64,000 nucleotides of DNA from Ptychomitrium polyphyllum (taxonomy: Eukaryota), in the NCBI GenBank assembly GCA_973851085.1, contig OZ316776.1, positions 3,534,001 through 3,598,000 on the forward strand, given 5' to 3'. Positions 1 to 14,100 of this stretch are shown one piece after another. Position numbers and translations under genes: made by a program. The notes below the pieces were generated by a model. The model was not told the origin of the DNA, ran no database searches, and saw nothing but the letters and a program-made list of their open reading frames with translations. Numbering within the stretch: the stretch's first letter is position 1; each line of letters opens with the position of its first letter.

Positions 1-59
1 GCTTCATACGACATATAAGCAGAAAGAGAATGAAGCATTCAGACTTCGGAATAGAATAC

Positions 60-2769
60 CTGAATATCAAAAGGTACAGGGTCAAAAGCCAAACGATTGC
101 CGAAACCTTCAAAAAGCACTACGCGTGTCTTTAACAAAAGAGGGAGGATGTACTTAAGGTAGAAACTGGGCTTCGCTTCCTTCGGAACGTCAAGTTCTGT
201 CACCTACATTATCCACGTCAGCAATGGGGCAAAAGCAGAAAATAAAACACGCACAAGCTCCTAAAAAACCACAAAAGAGTGTTTTAGTATCTAATATCGG
301 AGTACGTAGAAAACCACATGTGGAAAAGGTGGTCTGTAGACTCTAAATAGAACAAGCTGAGCTCACATAAATGTTACATCGTTTATTATGCTCACAACCA
401 ACACAGATCATATAGATGAGACTGTTCATTTGAGTTGCACTTAAAAAAAGACAACGGCATGCTAGTCTTACTGTACTCCAATTCAAGTCATAGACAACAG
501 AGAGAGGACCTAAAACCATGAAAATGAGTTCTTAGAGTAGTACCACCATAATAAATTTATTGCAGAACGTACCACAGCTTCAAGTCCATCAAGATCCAAA
601 GATTGTAGCTCGAAAGGAAGCTCTTTCACAATTCGCACATCATCTTTCAAATAGTCTATGAAATATTCTTCCTCGTATATATTTCCAAACTGACTGCACC
701 AACACCCACAGAATCATGGCGTTAACCGTGTTAAAATGTAACGTGTGCAGGCAATACGACCACCAGAACGATACAGCTACCCAGATTCAAATCAAGATCT
801 GAAATGAACAGACTCATCTATATGATCCTGGGTCATTATCATCAATCCTACCCTCTCGTATTGACCAAAACTTTCCGACATGATGATATATATGTTCAGG
901 AAGAGCACCTTGAGTCTATCCATACACTGTTGTATAAAAATTTAGGCAAAACTAAAGTGGCATTCAGCATCCGAGCAACCGCCACAGCATTGCAGATCTG
1001 CAAGTCAATTCCATAAATTCTGCCAGTACGTCAACTTGCAAATGCTGTGAGCTGTTACATGGGACAGAGTATAATGAGACTGTTGGCTGAGGACATGTTC
1101 CAGTGCATCTTTTCATGATAGAACCATTAGAAAACAGTAAAAAACCAAAGAAGTAGAAGGTCTACCGCAACACGCTGCTGGCTGAGGCCGCCGTTGGCAT
1201 TGATCATGATGTAGCCAGTGCTGTCTTCGGGTGATGGAGGAGCTGCAATCAAAGCCACAATCATTCCCTAAGTGACGCTGCTGTAATGATCCTTGTTAAG
1301 GTGGAGGCAGATACATTCCGATACTGCTTACTTGGCTCCATGCGAAGTAATTTATAAAATTAACGTGAGCCTGTGAATACATCGCATATCACTACATCTT
1401 GATTTCCAGAAGGGTTAGTCTTCTCCGTTGCCCAGAAGAAAACAACCTATAAATGTGACATCAGTAGACTGTAAAACTGACTCTATTTCTAAACAATCCC
1501 AAAATTCTCAACGTCACACTGTTTCGAATGTACAAATTCAAAGTATTCAAAATTGAGAAGAGCTGACCAGTGTGCTTCTCAGATCGTTGATTTGCACAAG
1601 GAAGCCATGTAGTCGCATTCTCAGTTGGCTCCTCCCACAAACCGTCAGGCTCGGGCTTCAACTCGATCTGCAATAATATGTAGCTATGATGAGCTACAAA
1701 TCAAATAATCATCACTGATTTCACCTGATCTATTGACAACTCAGGATCAAAGAAAATCAGATACTTCGCTACTTCAGTTCATACAAGCACAACTGAAAAG
1801 TATTACAACCTTCCTATTCAGGAGGTACGGTATAAAATAAAAGAATAGTGGCTTGGCTTTCTGTACCAAAAAAACAAACACCGTAAAATGAGATGTCAGA
1901 GAAGCCCTGGGTAGACCTCATCACCTCAGCAAGTCCATGTGCCGCCAAGGCAAGCAGTCGTCCATATATGACAGCAGAAGGTCGATTCTTGCGACCATCC
2001 TCACGTACCTACAACCAATCACAACAAGCAATTTCTGATGCCTAAGTTCCCAACTCGTCCAGAATCAAATTTCGTGCAGACGACGAACATACATGCTTGA
2101 CAACTCCATTGAAGTCCAACATACTGAATTATAAAAGCCTGATAACAAAAGAAGAGGGACTGTCGAACTCACAATGTCCGCTTGTAATGACCCCGATTCC
2201 TCGAATGAGTTCAGAGCAGCTTGCTCAAAACTGGAGAGATACCACCAGTCAAGGGCAAACCACAAAAATAATACAACAAAAAATAATGTGCCGCTTCTCC
2301 TGAATAAACGCCCACGTCCTCTTTTACGAAAGGTACCAACTCTAGTGAACTGTTGGAATGCCAACCGGCCGGATGTTGATCTAATTCCTGGACTACCTCT
2401 TCTCAATTCCGGGAGCAAAGATTCAGGACTCAAACCCCGTGGAGATTGAGGATGTGGAGAATGGGACCAGGAGAGGAGATCACTTCTTGAACTGAAAGGT
2501 GAACCTTGTGCTCGTAAAGGTCGGCTGCGAGTGCTTGGAGAAGAGACGCCCGATTGCTGTGAACTTGCCCACTGTGATTTATCTGTGTTCATGGAATTCG
2601 AGCGTTGTAGAAGAGTAGGTGAAGTTCTTCCTGAGCTCGAATACCCACCTTGTATAACAGAATCCTCCCTTCGCAGTGCGGCAAGCCTGCTTTCGCGAAT
2701 TGGTGAGGACTGCTTCTCTCCATCTCCAATGGTGCTGTACAAACTCGGGTCCCCATTTGATTCGTCCAT
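60..2769 (-). CDS. GT106 / plant O-fucosyltransferase-family glycosyltransferase, FRIABLE1 (FRB1/RRT)-like; 5' part only, continues past the left edge
   Basis: GT-AG exons (- strand) 2769-2173, 2008-1925, 1667-1568, 1242-1166, 997-909, 693-573, 203-60 join in frame. The product has a Ser/Arg-rich N-terminus and one TM helix (TLFFVVLFLWFALDWWYL). It then reads YGRLLALAAHGLAE, PDGLWEEP..WLPCANQRS, GYIMINANGGLSQQRVAICNAVAVARMLNATLVLP, SQFGNIYEEEYF..VRIVKELP, KEAKPSFY, GFGNRLAFDPVPFDIQ, matching the recalled FRB1 clade pattern. Confidence 0.9.
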
Positions 2770-5172
2770 TGCAAGAATTCGTAGCACTTCTAACGACTAT
2801 CTCAGGAAAAAGAAGACATCCTCAACTCTTACCAGAGTCTTCTGACTTTCCTTGTTCTGCCACATTCTATCGCCATTATCAATTTCTGGTTAAATTAGTG
2901 AGTTATCAAAAAAAATCATGATTTCTCATCAAGGAACCCAAAAGGGCCTTGAATTGTTAAGGGCTGGTTGTAGTAAACCAATCCAAGATCTAAAGCTGAT
3001 CATTCGTTTCATGAAACAGATGTCACCAACCCCTAAAAGTCCGACTTCATAAGCAAGATACTCCAATCCATAAAATCAAAAATGTTCCGCCGAACGTAAC
3101 ATGGGATTGAAGTGATCTGCAATATGGATCAGAGAACACAAGCGTCAGGAGTGAATCGATGTACGAACGGAATAAATGCAGACCCACATTGGTTCCTCCC
3201 CGCGCCACAATTCTCAATCATTACTTTAGTAACCATGATAACTCTAGCAACCTTAAAGAATATAAGTATGAGAAGCTGAATTCCTTAACATACACTATAA
3301 CTTCTCAAATGCAATTGATGTCAATAATCACTAGTGCAGGTTTCTATCTCCTTCAGCTCCCTTAACGACCTCCTTCATATTACTAGCCGTGGCCATCACC
3401 AGACAAAGAAACTCATGGTACCAAAAGAACCATTTACGGTTATCAAACAAAAGTCTCAAAAAAGACGACACATACATTTCAATACTTCGCACAACATTTT
3501 CTCCAAGCCTAAATCTAAAAATCCTCTACCCTTTCCCATTGCAATTCACAATCTTGAACCATCCTGTTCTCACACAAGCCTTTCTGCAAGTTGCAACTCT
3601 GTAGTGACACTAGCCACGAAATCACTTCAGATCCTCGTGGCGGTTAATAGAATCAATACGGGAAGGCTAACTAAGACAAAGTTGTACTTCGCAAGCTGCA
3701 CTGATGAGGAACATGCTACAAAACCCTATTTTCCGCCAAATTATGTACTGTGCTTGAATCGACTGCTTACATTTACCCAACAAATAAGAAAATTTGAATT
3801 GCTGATCTCCCTGCTTACTGTCAATCCCTCGCTCTTGCCAGTCGCTAAACTAAGACCACATCAGAAATGCTCCTTCGCCAGGACAGGAAACTACTTCTCT
3901 CAGAAGAACACACACAATTCTACACCGTGAATCAAAGTCGAAGCCCCAAGAGGAATTCACGAGCCTAAACTGAACTGGAGAAACTCATGAGGCTGGTACG
4001 ACGACCAACAGCCAATACCCTTCTCAACCATCACCCTCAGTAATCAATTAAAAAATATTCGATGCCAAGAACAAGTGCAAAGAACAGATCGGCACATCCT
4101 TACCCAGCAGTCATCACGATGAAATCCTCACCAAGATCACCTCTAGACTAACCGAAACGACCACCTCGTCACCGAACCAACAGAGAGCTCCAAAAAACCA
4201 TTCACGCAATCGAAGGAGCCAAACAAGACAAAACAGAGAACAGGACATCGAGGCACGTACCAATGACGACCCGCTCTCGAAAACTGCACACCCAAGTCCA
4301 TACGAACATCCTTACGCCTCCTCAACACCCCTACTCTCGACTCGCATCGAAGACAAAAGTCCCACCACCTAGAGATCCTCTCACAACCTCAAAATTTGGG
4401 GGGGGGGAAAATCACACCTAAAATAATCCCCCATTAGCAGCGGTGGCGAGCGCTCAGCACACTCTCTAAAAATTCTCATTCTGACGCATCACTATCCGGA
4501 TTGCAGGATGAGTTGGGCGCCATCCAGGCTCCGTTTGCGGCCGAAAAACAGAGCAGAGCGACGTGGGGTCTCCAAGTGCGCACCGAGGCGTCCGGGCACA
4601 TGATCTCACGCCGTGGTCGCTGGGCCCCAGCTCGCAGCTCCAAAGGCGCCACTGTTGGACTCTCTCGCGGACTCTACAAGCGCTCTGGTCCATGGTATGT
4701 AGTGATTGCTATAGCGTCGTGTTGACTGTGAGCGCGACGACTGTGAAGGCTGCGTGTGAGCTTGCAAATCTAAGCGAATCGCCATCGCGAGGCGCAACGC
4801 CTTCGCAGCGTCGTCGTCACCATCGTCACTGTCGTCGTGACTCGTTTCGCATGAGCGTCGCCTTCGTGGGCCACGCTCATGGACTCCTCGCCACGGTCGT
4901 GCGTGCCGTGCGCGGCCGTCGGCAGCGCGAGGGTGTAGGCAGTGCACGGTCGTGGGATGGGCTACGGGTTCGTGCGCGGTCGTGGGGTGTTGGAGACGAC
5001 GATCGTGGACCGTGCGCAGTGGGGCCCCGTTGGGCGCTGCAGGTTGGTGGACGAGTCGCCACGTGAACCGACAGGTTATGACAATTATTAGTGATTTTGT
5101 TTTATTCTAATATTATTTTTTAAATAAAGGGAGAAGTCCATTGCTGGAATAGACGCCCAACGAAACCCTCGT

Positions 5173-5210
5173 GAGAAGTCAACGGTGGAGAAGTCAACGA
5201 AGGAGAAGTC
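5173..5210. repeat. 15-bp-period repeat GAGAAGTCAACG (2 full copies plus 1 partial), each full copy containing a W-box (TTGACT on - strand)
   Basis: GAGAAGTCAACG at 5173-5184 and 5188-5199; GAGAAGTC at 5203-5210. Confidence 0.7.
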
Positions 5211-7268
5211 TTTTGTTCCTTTTCTTTTGTAGGTCAGGCTTTAAATCTTTCGGTCATGGAAATATACTACAAGTAAATCCTGCAACGTATTTCCTAGAAA
5301 AAAGGTTGGGCGTTTTCGAATTTTGACTTGTAGAGTTAGCTTACATTCTATTGATATGGATACATGTACTTTTTTTAATAATCAGAGGTGATGTTTGAAG
5401 TAGAAAATTCAGAAATTTTTCTCTAGTATTAGAAATTTAATTTCTTTGCAAAATAAAGAATAGAAGCTTCATGATTTTAGAATTTAAAATAATAAACTTT
5501 AACTTCAATTTTTGTGATAATATATTTTACATATAGTGAGGTGGACACTATTTGTTCATATGTGACACAAAATGGATCAAGGATTAAACACAAGAAGCAT
5601 ATGTACATAAATTAGAATTCAAATAAGAATAAGCACATTTGTTCTATATATCATTTCAAACTTTATATCAAATGTTCTCTAATTCACTTTTAGAAAATTC
5701 AGTTTTATTTGTGCAATATAATACATCTTTTATAATTTAGACTTGCAAATTTTTATATTAAAAAATAAATAAATTATTTTGATAGATTGGAAAAAAATCT
5801 GATTCTAATATAGTTTTTAAATGAACTTAAATAATCAAAATGTGACTATATTCCTAAGATAAAAAAACCACAAATTATTATATGTACTTCAAGTTATCTT
5901 TGTAGTTTTTTAAGCATTACATTTATGTTGATTTATTTAGAATTTCAAATTGCATTAAATACAAATGTTTATGTTTTTTTAAATAGAACTAAACAAAATT
6001 CATTTTTTTTTTTAATCTTTTTAGGATTATAAAATAAATTATTATTAATTTTCAAAATTATCTATACAAATTTTGGTGAGGAAAATTAAAGATAAAGTAT
6101 GTACAATAACATAGATTAAAAAATACAATTTAATCTATCAGGAACCACTACTGAAAATGTTTGAGTTAAATTAAAGGGCACAATCTTATACGAATCAATC
6201 ATTTTAGTTTCCAGTTACAGAAGATGATACTAGTGAATCAATCAGCATACTCTTCTAAATTGATTTGAACTACATATAAACCATTCATATTACTTCACAA
6301 ATTACTTAAGGGATGGAGGATTCTTCATACAAAGTTCATTCCTACAAACAAAAATTATTAATTTTGAAGAATAAGATTTTCAAAAAGCGATGTTAGAGGT
6401 TATCATATGATCAGTCCTCGATTATACCATTGTACTCAATTGATATCCACGTAGTATCCACATGATAATGGACTGCTACACAGGTAATACTCAGGCGAGG
6501 TCACGTTAGTGATGAACCAGTTGAGGCTCCTCTAAAATTAATCATTGTAGGTACAGGACCCCGTTACCTGCTCGTGATGTTTTTACCAGTATTTAAATAC
6601 TAGCCGTGTATCACATAAATATAAACATGTCAACACAGGTTATCACCGCCTGACCGGGTTTCAACCGGAGGATACAATTAGCGCATCAACTAATTCAGGA
6701 ATGAGAATGTGTTTTTGAGATTACACGGAGAAACTTGAATCCTCTTCCAACTTGAGGCCCCTGTTTCCGCAGAGTGAAGAATCTTATGGTTCGACTATAT
6801 CAGAAAACACCTTTACCTTCGGTGCTGGACAATTCGAGAGCAGCTGATGAGTTACCGGCATGCACTGATATCTCAAGTGATCTTTAACAGCCATTTCGAT
6901 TGCAGCCGATTGCACGACAACAATCTCTGAGTACCGATGATTGCGGAAACAACACAAAGTTCTCATTGACATGATATGCGTGATTACAAATCTCAGCCAT
7001 CGAGTGATGAGTAACTGTGCACTTGCTGACAGTACTTATTCTAGTCTACAGCTGCCCTATGATTGTACCTTGACATGGTTCATTAGCTAGTGTACAATCT
7101 GTATCGCCGTGGTTACGATCAATATCTGACGAGACCTACAGCAACCGTGCTATGAGTTTGACATGCAGACATGTTCTGAAAGCATTGTGGACATTGTTTC
7201 AGGTTCAGGTTTTGACCGGGAGCACTCGTGCTTTGATATGTTCGACTAGTGTTCCGTTGATAGTGGAG

Positions 7269-10200
7269 TTAAAGATCAAAGCTGACAGAGTGATAATGAA
7301 ACGGTGTCTTCAAGAGGCTTGCGAAGTTCTGAGAGCGGCAGGCAGTGGCAACACTTTCTTGAAGGGTTTCAGGTCCACAGACGAGTACTCCGACTTCCTC
7401 CCCGTGGTGCTTCTCAGCGAACTCATTGAAGAGTTCTGGTGAAAACAAAACGCACTTGTAAGTGTGTGACACCGCATCCAAACGTTAGATTAGGCTTGCT
7501 TAAATGCTTACGTTGTTTCAATTCAGCTTGTGCTATATTGACAAATGAATCTGATTCACTCCCTTTAGCATTTCCAAGCAAGACATTTCAGCTCTAGACT
7601 TCCTAATTCGAATCATATCAAGACCTCTAGTCCCTAACTGTTTCTGACTCTTCACAGGGACATGAATAAGAGTGGGAAAGTAGAAATGACCTTGGAATTG
7701 TGGCCGTCTGCCTTCCGTTATGATACAACTGTCCAACAAAGTGCTCTTGTCGTTGCCCTCTAGATCAGCGACCGTGGACTCCTGGCCATAGGCCCCTGAG
7801 CTTCTAGATGCATCCCTGGACTTCTTCGATTCAATTGAAATCCATAAGAAGATAACAGTCCCTCCACAGATGACAATTCCTACAAGCATGCTGATGAAGT
7901 GAAGGACAGACTCCATAGCCATACTATACTTTTTCCCCTTCGGCTGAAGGTTGGGAGCAGTTACATACTTGTAGAACAGGGCGGACATCAGAACAAATCC
8001 TGTCATAGACGCTAATATAAGCGCAATCATCCATAAGTTTTGGTAAGAATTAAGCTTGGAGAGGCCGTTGTGGTTAGTATAGCCCCTCTCTGGACTTTCA
8101 GTGGAGCCTAAATTGCGGATTTGACTCCCTGACATTTCCACCATAGATACCTCTTCCTGCCCTCCGATATTAGCCTCTCCAGTCACGTATGCTTGGACAT
8201 TTAGTGCAAGCCCGTTGGATTGCTGATAACCATAGCTGGGGTGTATGATCGAGGGTCTAATGATTTTCAACGTGGTCAATTCTGACCTTCTCCTGACGCA
8301 CCAAATGAGCTGCACATTAGTCGGCAGACCCTCCTGTTGAAGTTGATGGCGCTTTAACAAATCATGAATTATGGCAAGGTAAGGGGTCACTCCCGCACCT
8401 CCAGCCACCAGTATCAGATTCCTGTATCTGTTTCATGAATTTACATGATAATTTTAGCATGGCTTTTTCATAGTTGTCTTGAAGAACATTTACGGGAAGT
8501 CCTATGCTGTGCATGAAACTTGATTTTGATGTAGCACTGATGGAGCTTAAACCTGAATTTTTGAAGTCAGGTATCTACAGGGGCTACAAACTAGATATTA
8601 AGACAATGCTGAAATAGGGATGATAATGAACGACAGGTCAGTTATAGACACAGATAATGTAGATGAAACAAACCGGAGAAAGTAGTTCGTTTCATGACCA
8701 TAAGGACCTTCAGCTTGGAGTTTCACTACAAATGGGCACCCGGATAACTTGGCTTCGTTGGCAGATTTTGCAGCAACATTATTCTGAAGGCTAGTCGTCC
8801 AATCGCCGAGGGGCTTAATACAGACAGAAACCTCATTATCGTCGTCGAGTGGGCTGGACGACGTGCTGAATGGATGCCATTGTAGTCTTGAGATGCCAGG
8901 GACATTGAGGTATAGGAAACTCAAGGTATTGTACTTGAAGGCTGCGCAGTCAGTAACAGTTGATTAATCACACAATATCGAGAGAAAGAAAGGGGGATTT
9001 GAGACGGGAACGAAACTCTAAATTATGAACATTAACGACTCCAGCAGTTGAATCAATGTGTCTGTCAAACTTACAGGGATCTTTTGGAATCTTAAGCTGC
9101 ACGAGACCACTGGATAGTAGTCGAGCGGACACACCAGTGACTTGCTTTCGAGACTGCACCATTCTGAGGAAGCGGTCAATGAAGAAGAGAAAAATTGGGC
9201 CCATGGATTCACCAACGTGATTCCAGTCAACATGAAAGACATAGAATGCGAAGAAGATGAGATAGAGGTGGTGCATGGTGAAGAACACATTGAAGTATCG
9301 GGAACGTATGTATGGAAGCGACGTGAGGCCCATGACGATGGCTGCAACGCATGATATTGTTCCGGCCAAATTCGAGCACCCAGCCCAAGGCCATTCGATC
9401 AACTATCAGCAGATCAACAACGAAGTGTTTCAGGCGCGAGGAGGTCGAAGTTCAACGCACATGGAAATTTACTCATAACAAATCATAGATACAAATATTT
9501 TAACATGCACGCTATGGAAAGGTATTTTAACAAACCGAAAGTCGAATTCTTGGTTTGGACACGCACCAATTCTATCTGATGAATTGCGCCAGCGTAAACT
9601 CCATATGTTGCTCCGTGCACGAAGACGAGGAGCACAGTCAGGTACCCGAACCACCTGTGATATTTAACAGCTTGTTCGAAGGGAACATCTATCAACCTGA
9701 GTATTGGAGATCCCCTGGCGACTGGAAGGAAGAGAACGCCGATCGTAAAGGGCAGTGCTCGTCCTAGCATATCAGAAGTCTTGTCCCACTTCAATGCCCA
9801 CCTGCACACAATTTTTCAGAGCTAAGTTCAACATGCGTTGGCCAAACATTTCAATTTAAGGTCTCAGTAATTTAAGATTGAAGGGACCTCATGCTTGCGC
9901 TGCTAATTATTACAGTATCATTCAGTTAGGTATCTAAATACGGCTCATCAAATCACAGAACTTATCATTTAAACAATCCATGCTCATCGGTGACAAGGAA
10001 ACTGGCGACATGAGAAGGCGTACTTTGGGATTCCCTTTTTGGGTTTTGCGGCATCAATGGCGACAAACTGAGGTACTAGCAACTCTCCCCATATCCACCC
10101 AGCGCACACGAAAACGATCACGATGATCACAATGTCAATAAACGTGATAATGCCGGTGGGCGTTTTCACAACCAGAGGCTGCGTCCAAACTGCCCGGTAT

Positions 10201-10995
10201 AGTCTCACCATCATTGACTGCTCTCGCGAGGAACATCGAGTCCTGGACACAACATGCATTACATTGTAAGATCTCTGCTGTTCTATCATTAGCTCAAATT
10301 CGAACAACTCATCGTCTTATATTAAAGAAGGAAGTTCATTACAACTAAATCTGCAATACATGCAGTAGTAAAAGACAGTAACATAAATCAAATGCTTGAG
10401 AAGGAAGTCGAAGGGATAGTTTCAAGGCATCATTTTCAGGTATATCAAAAGATCTGAACCTAGTCTTACCTTTCAGGAAACCTTTCTTCTAGCTCCAAAT
10501 ACAGCAACGCCAAGATAGCCAGGGTAATAACTGGAGCCACGTACAACACGTAATTTGTTGCTGCGCACCCCACAATAGTGTATATGCTAAATTTTGAGGG
10601 CTCTTAACAGAATCTCTGCACTGTAAAAACCTCTGAATGAAATCGAAGCGAAGAGTCTGAAGAGACAAGGTTTACTGACGGTGCCTTGTTGAGATGACGC
10701 CAGTGATATTCGCTCAGATTTCTAATTACAATAAAATTATTTCAGTTTTAAGTGAGTTACCATATTTGCCCCAGAATGGAGACATGACTTCAGCCGAAAC
10801 CTCTTTCCTCCATGCCCTTCCTTCATCGCTGGGCAATCGAAACCACAGCGAGAACCACCAAATCGTGACTCCCCAGGAGACAATCCACAGGAATATCTTG
10901 GCCATCTTAACTAACACATAGCCCTTGCGCTTGTACGCCACTACAGACTGATCAACACTAGTGCCAAAATTCACATGCGGGGCTTGAGACCTCAT
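7269..10995 (-). CDS. FRO: Ferric reduction oxidase / ferric-chelate reductase (FRO family), paralog A, about 759 aa
   Basis: Eight GT-AG exons: 10995-10761, 10560-10470, 10242-10024, 9801-9567, 9402-9075, 8941-8674, 8427-7691, 7435-7269 (2280 nt, ends TAA). Motifs: LFLPVARGSPIL, heme His pairs (YHRWFGYLTVLLVFVHG; HHLYLIFFAFYVFH), FAD motif WHPFS, EGPYG, NADPH motif AGGAGVTP, VCGP, C-terminal FHYHSVSFDL. No EF-hand N-terminus, so not an RBOH. Confidence 0.95.
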
Positions 10996-11124
10996 GGTCA
11001 CTCTCAGGTAGGTTGACAATCTCAGCTGCAGCAGCAGTCCTTTGTCGCTACGCACGTCTGGCAACTGACAACTTGCACCTCCCAATATAGCTCACGTTGA
11101 CCTCGATTTACTTTCGAACAGCAC

Positions 11125-11153
11125 GTACAGCTCGAGTACAATGCTCCAGGTAC
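11125..11153. promoter_or_regulatory. Cluster of three GTAC cores (candidate SPL7/CRR1-type copper-response elements) upstream of FRO paralog A
   Basis: GTAC at 11125-11128, 11136-11139 and 11150-11153, 130-160 bp upstream of the ATG (10995). A TATA-like CTATATT lies on the - strand at about 11084-11090. Confidence 0.45.
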
Positions 11154-14100
11154 CAACCGACCTCGCGGATCTTAACACTTACCTGAGGCAGGTGCATTTG
11201 ATTCGAACATCGCTACCACCATGAAATCAATGCAACGGCAGCCACGAGTTTACTCCAGCGCCTGTCGATCAGTGCTCGGCACCCCAGATGACGATACTGG
11301 GTCGCACCTTACCCCTCCTTATATACCACATACTGCAGCGAGTATCTCGCAGATACCCGACCTTCCACAGCACGCGAAGACGACAAGTGAAGTTACTCGG
11401 ACACACCTCGCCCAGGACAAGCCCGCGGCAAGTCAACCAACCATTGCACCTGAACACCATCGCGCATGCTGCATGGCGACGCCAGCGTTGGCAGGCACGC
11501 AGCGACTGTGAGGCGGGGCGTGCCCCTTGTGCCTTCGTCACCGCTCATCTCATGGCGCTCACAAGCGCGGTGATCACGCTGAAGTCAACGTTAAACACAA
11601 AAACGGAATCTCAAATTCCTTGTTACATGGGCTTCTAAGAATGGTTTTCGTTCGTAGCCCTTGGAAATTTGGAATGCAATGGTTCCTTTGGATAAGTTAA
11701 CTCTCGTTCTGCTGTTACTCGGGATCCAGGAGAGTTTGCAGTTAAGTGCATAAGTTTGTGTCTAAGATTCGCATTCTAAAGTGAATCTTGTGTGTAAGCC
11801 AGCATCTTGACCTTCATTGGCTGCGTTGGAGGCTTTTGGAGTTGACCTGGTTAGTATTATATGCGACAGTAATCTTAGGGCAGCAGTTAGTGCTTACGCC
11901 CAATTGATGGGAATTTACTCCTGAGAAATTGTGTTCTTTTGCGATCTGCAGAGAGTTGTAGAGTATTGAATTTGAAATTACAATACATGGAGGTGTCCAA
12001 AGTATGTTATTAGATAAACGTCGATACGGTTGCTTGTTTTTTAGAGATAAGCTACCAAGATTCAAGGCATGGTCCACTAAGGGAAGTATATTGATCGGAT
12101 TGAGGAAGGTAATTGTGGCAGCAAGGTGTGCGGTGGTAACATAATCATTAAAAATAAAATACCTTTATGGACCAAACAACAGTAAATTTTTTAATTCTTT
12201 CATAACACATTCTTTAATCTAGTGTAGAAGTTACTATAGTACATATTCCAGTGCACCATGTATATAACATCACATTTTATTGCCTCCTAAAGTTTTCATT
12301 GTTTTGGTACAACACTACAAACAACAAGTGTAATGGATTAAATTCATTAAAACTCAACAAACTTGCATTCAGCTCTTTCTAGTTTCGTGTGACTATTTTA
12401 AAAATATCCTAAAGGTTATGCAGGTCATGTACCACACCTCACTGAATGGAAACCAATTCTTAATTCACTGGCAACTTACAGTCCTTTCACCTCTGATGAA
12501 CCAAGCTGTAATATTTCACTTGCGCTAGTCAAGCTATACTTCAATCTCTTCAGGAGCGCGTGTGGCACTGGCTGGCGTGTGCTACAGGTTCGCCCAGCGT
12601 GTCCATTGCCTGCTTTGTTGTGTCCAGTATGAGACCTGAATTTAAGCTTGCCTTCGATTCCTATGCTATGAACCGAACGCATTGCCATCACCCACAACTA
12701 GAGTATAGTCCAATGATCCTTGGGATGGATGGCCATCCAGCTTTTCACATTCCTTTGCTCTCACCTTGACCTTTTAAGTGCCCCACAAGCTCTCACTGTT
12801 CACGTCCACCCCTGCAACTGCAACTGCAGCAGCTCAGACGGCCCTTCCAACACACTGTTTGGTGCGAACACGGGTTTCTTGTCAGAAGCACTGCGAGAGC
12901 TGCTATTCAGGCACAGCTCCGAGCATTCATTATGAGTTATAATTCTCTATTAGAAAATAGAATTGTAAGTGAAGATAACTTCTTAGCTGCCTATGGCTTT
13001 TTGAACATGAATTTTTTTATTTGGTCCCTTCAAAAATTCACATAGCAGTTTCGAATTATTATAAATTTCTAGAAGATAAGCTTGTGATCTGGAAGTAGGT
13101 TAAATTGTGCACTTCTGAGTACATGTGTGTTTAGATCCAATAGCCCAGTGAGGAGATTATGAGATTTGATGAACAAAAACGAAGCTAAATACTGACATTG
13201 AATTTTGAAATGCCATATTTCAAAGCATGACTGTCCAGATAATTTGAAATATTTTGTGGTGATGTGCATGCATATTTATAGCAAACCCAGTAATTCTTGG
13301 ACAAAGAAACGCCATAGTGAAGATGTATAATGGGCAGTGGAGGTTTAAAGCAAGATTGTCTATTGCTTTGTTTGTCTGCCTCCATCTGTCTATACATTTG
13401 GACTTTCGATAAGTCCAATGTTTGTCCAATAAAGGTTAACTATAGTTTGATCTTTAGTAAGGTGAATTTGAACTTATTCTGTCCACATAGTACGCCACAC
13501 AATTGCCATGCAAGCACTCTCAACCAAATGCAAGTGGAAAAAAGAAGCAAAGGCAAGAAAGGGAACCTAGCTGAGAACATCTATGTGGAATTTCCTTCCC
13601 CCATGTGACAAAAAGCAAGTAACTAAAGATAGTATGTAAATAAAAAAATCAACATGTATTTTTCTTAACAAAAATTGGTTTGCTCCAAACATTGAGATGG
13701 ACATGTTTTCCTAGTTCTCTAGTCTAGAAAAGACAAGTTTATAGTCATATTCATCCAATAATACAATCTTGATTTAAAGCGGGTGGAAACGAACTTGGAG
13801 GTGTGATATAAATAAGAAGAATTACTATTTCAAAAACTCATTGAAGCCTGCAATGGATGTATTATGCACAATTGTAAACAATGAAATCAAGCTTTTTATT
13901 TCTTTTGTCCTACATCTTTTAGCCAATTTATTTTGTTTTAATTTCTTTTTTTCCAATTGATTATATGGTTTGTAATGTAAAGTATTAAATTACTTATTAT
14001 AGAATTTTAAATATAAATTTCTATGATCTTCTTTAAGAAAATCCTAATTCTTTATTTCACTACTATTATAGCTACATTGAATTGAATAGGCATTTAGCAG

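Noticed and set aside
3334..3930. 198-aa + strand ORF
   Set aside because: Non-ATG start, no recognisable domain, and antisense to the probable 5' leader/intron of the GT106 gene.
4466..5066. Overlapping Arg/Ala-rich ORFs (up to 167 aa) on both strands
   Set aside because: Expected by-product of high GC. No motifs or splice structure; better explained as promoter/5' leader.
12470..12935. GC-richer island with short ORFs between the FRO genes
   Set aside because: All - strand frames carry several stops and no family motif was recognised, so no call can be supported.
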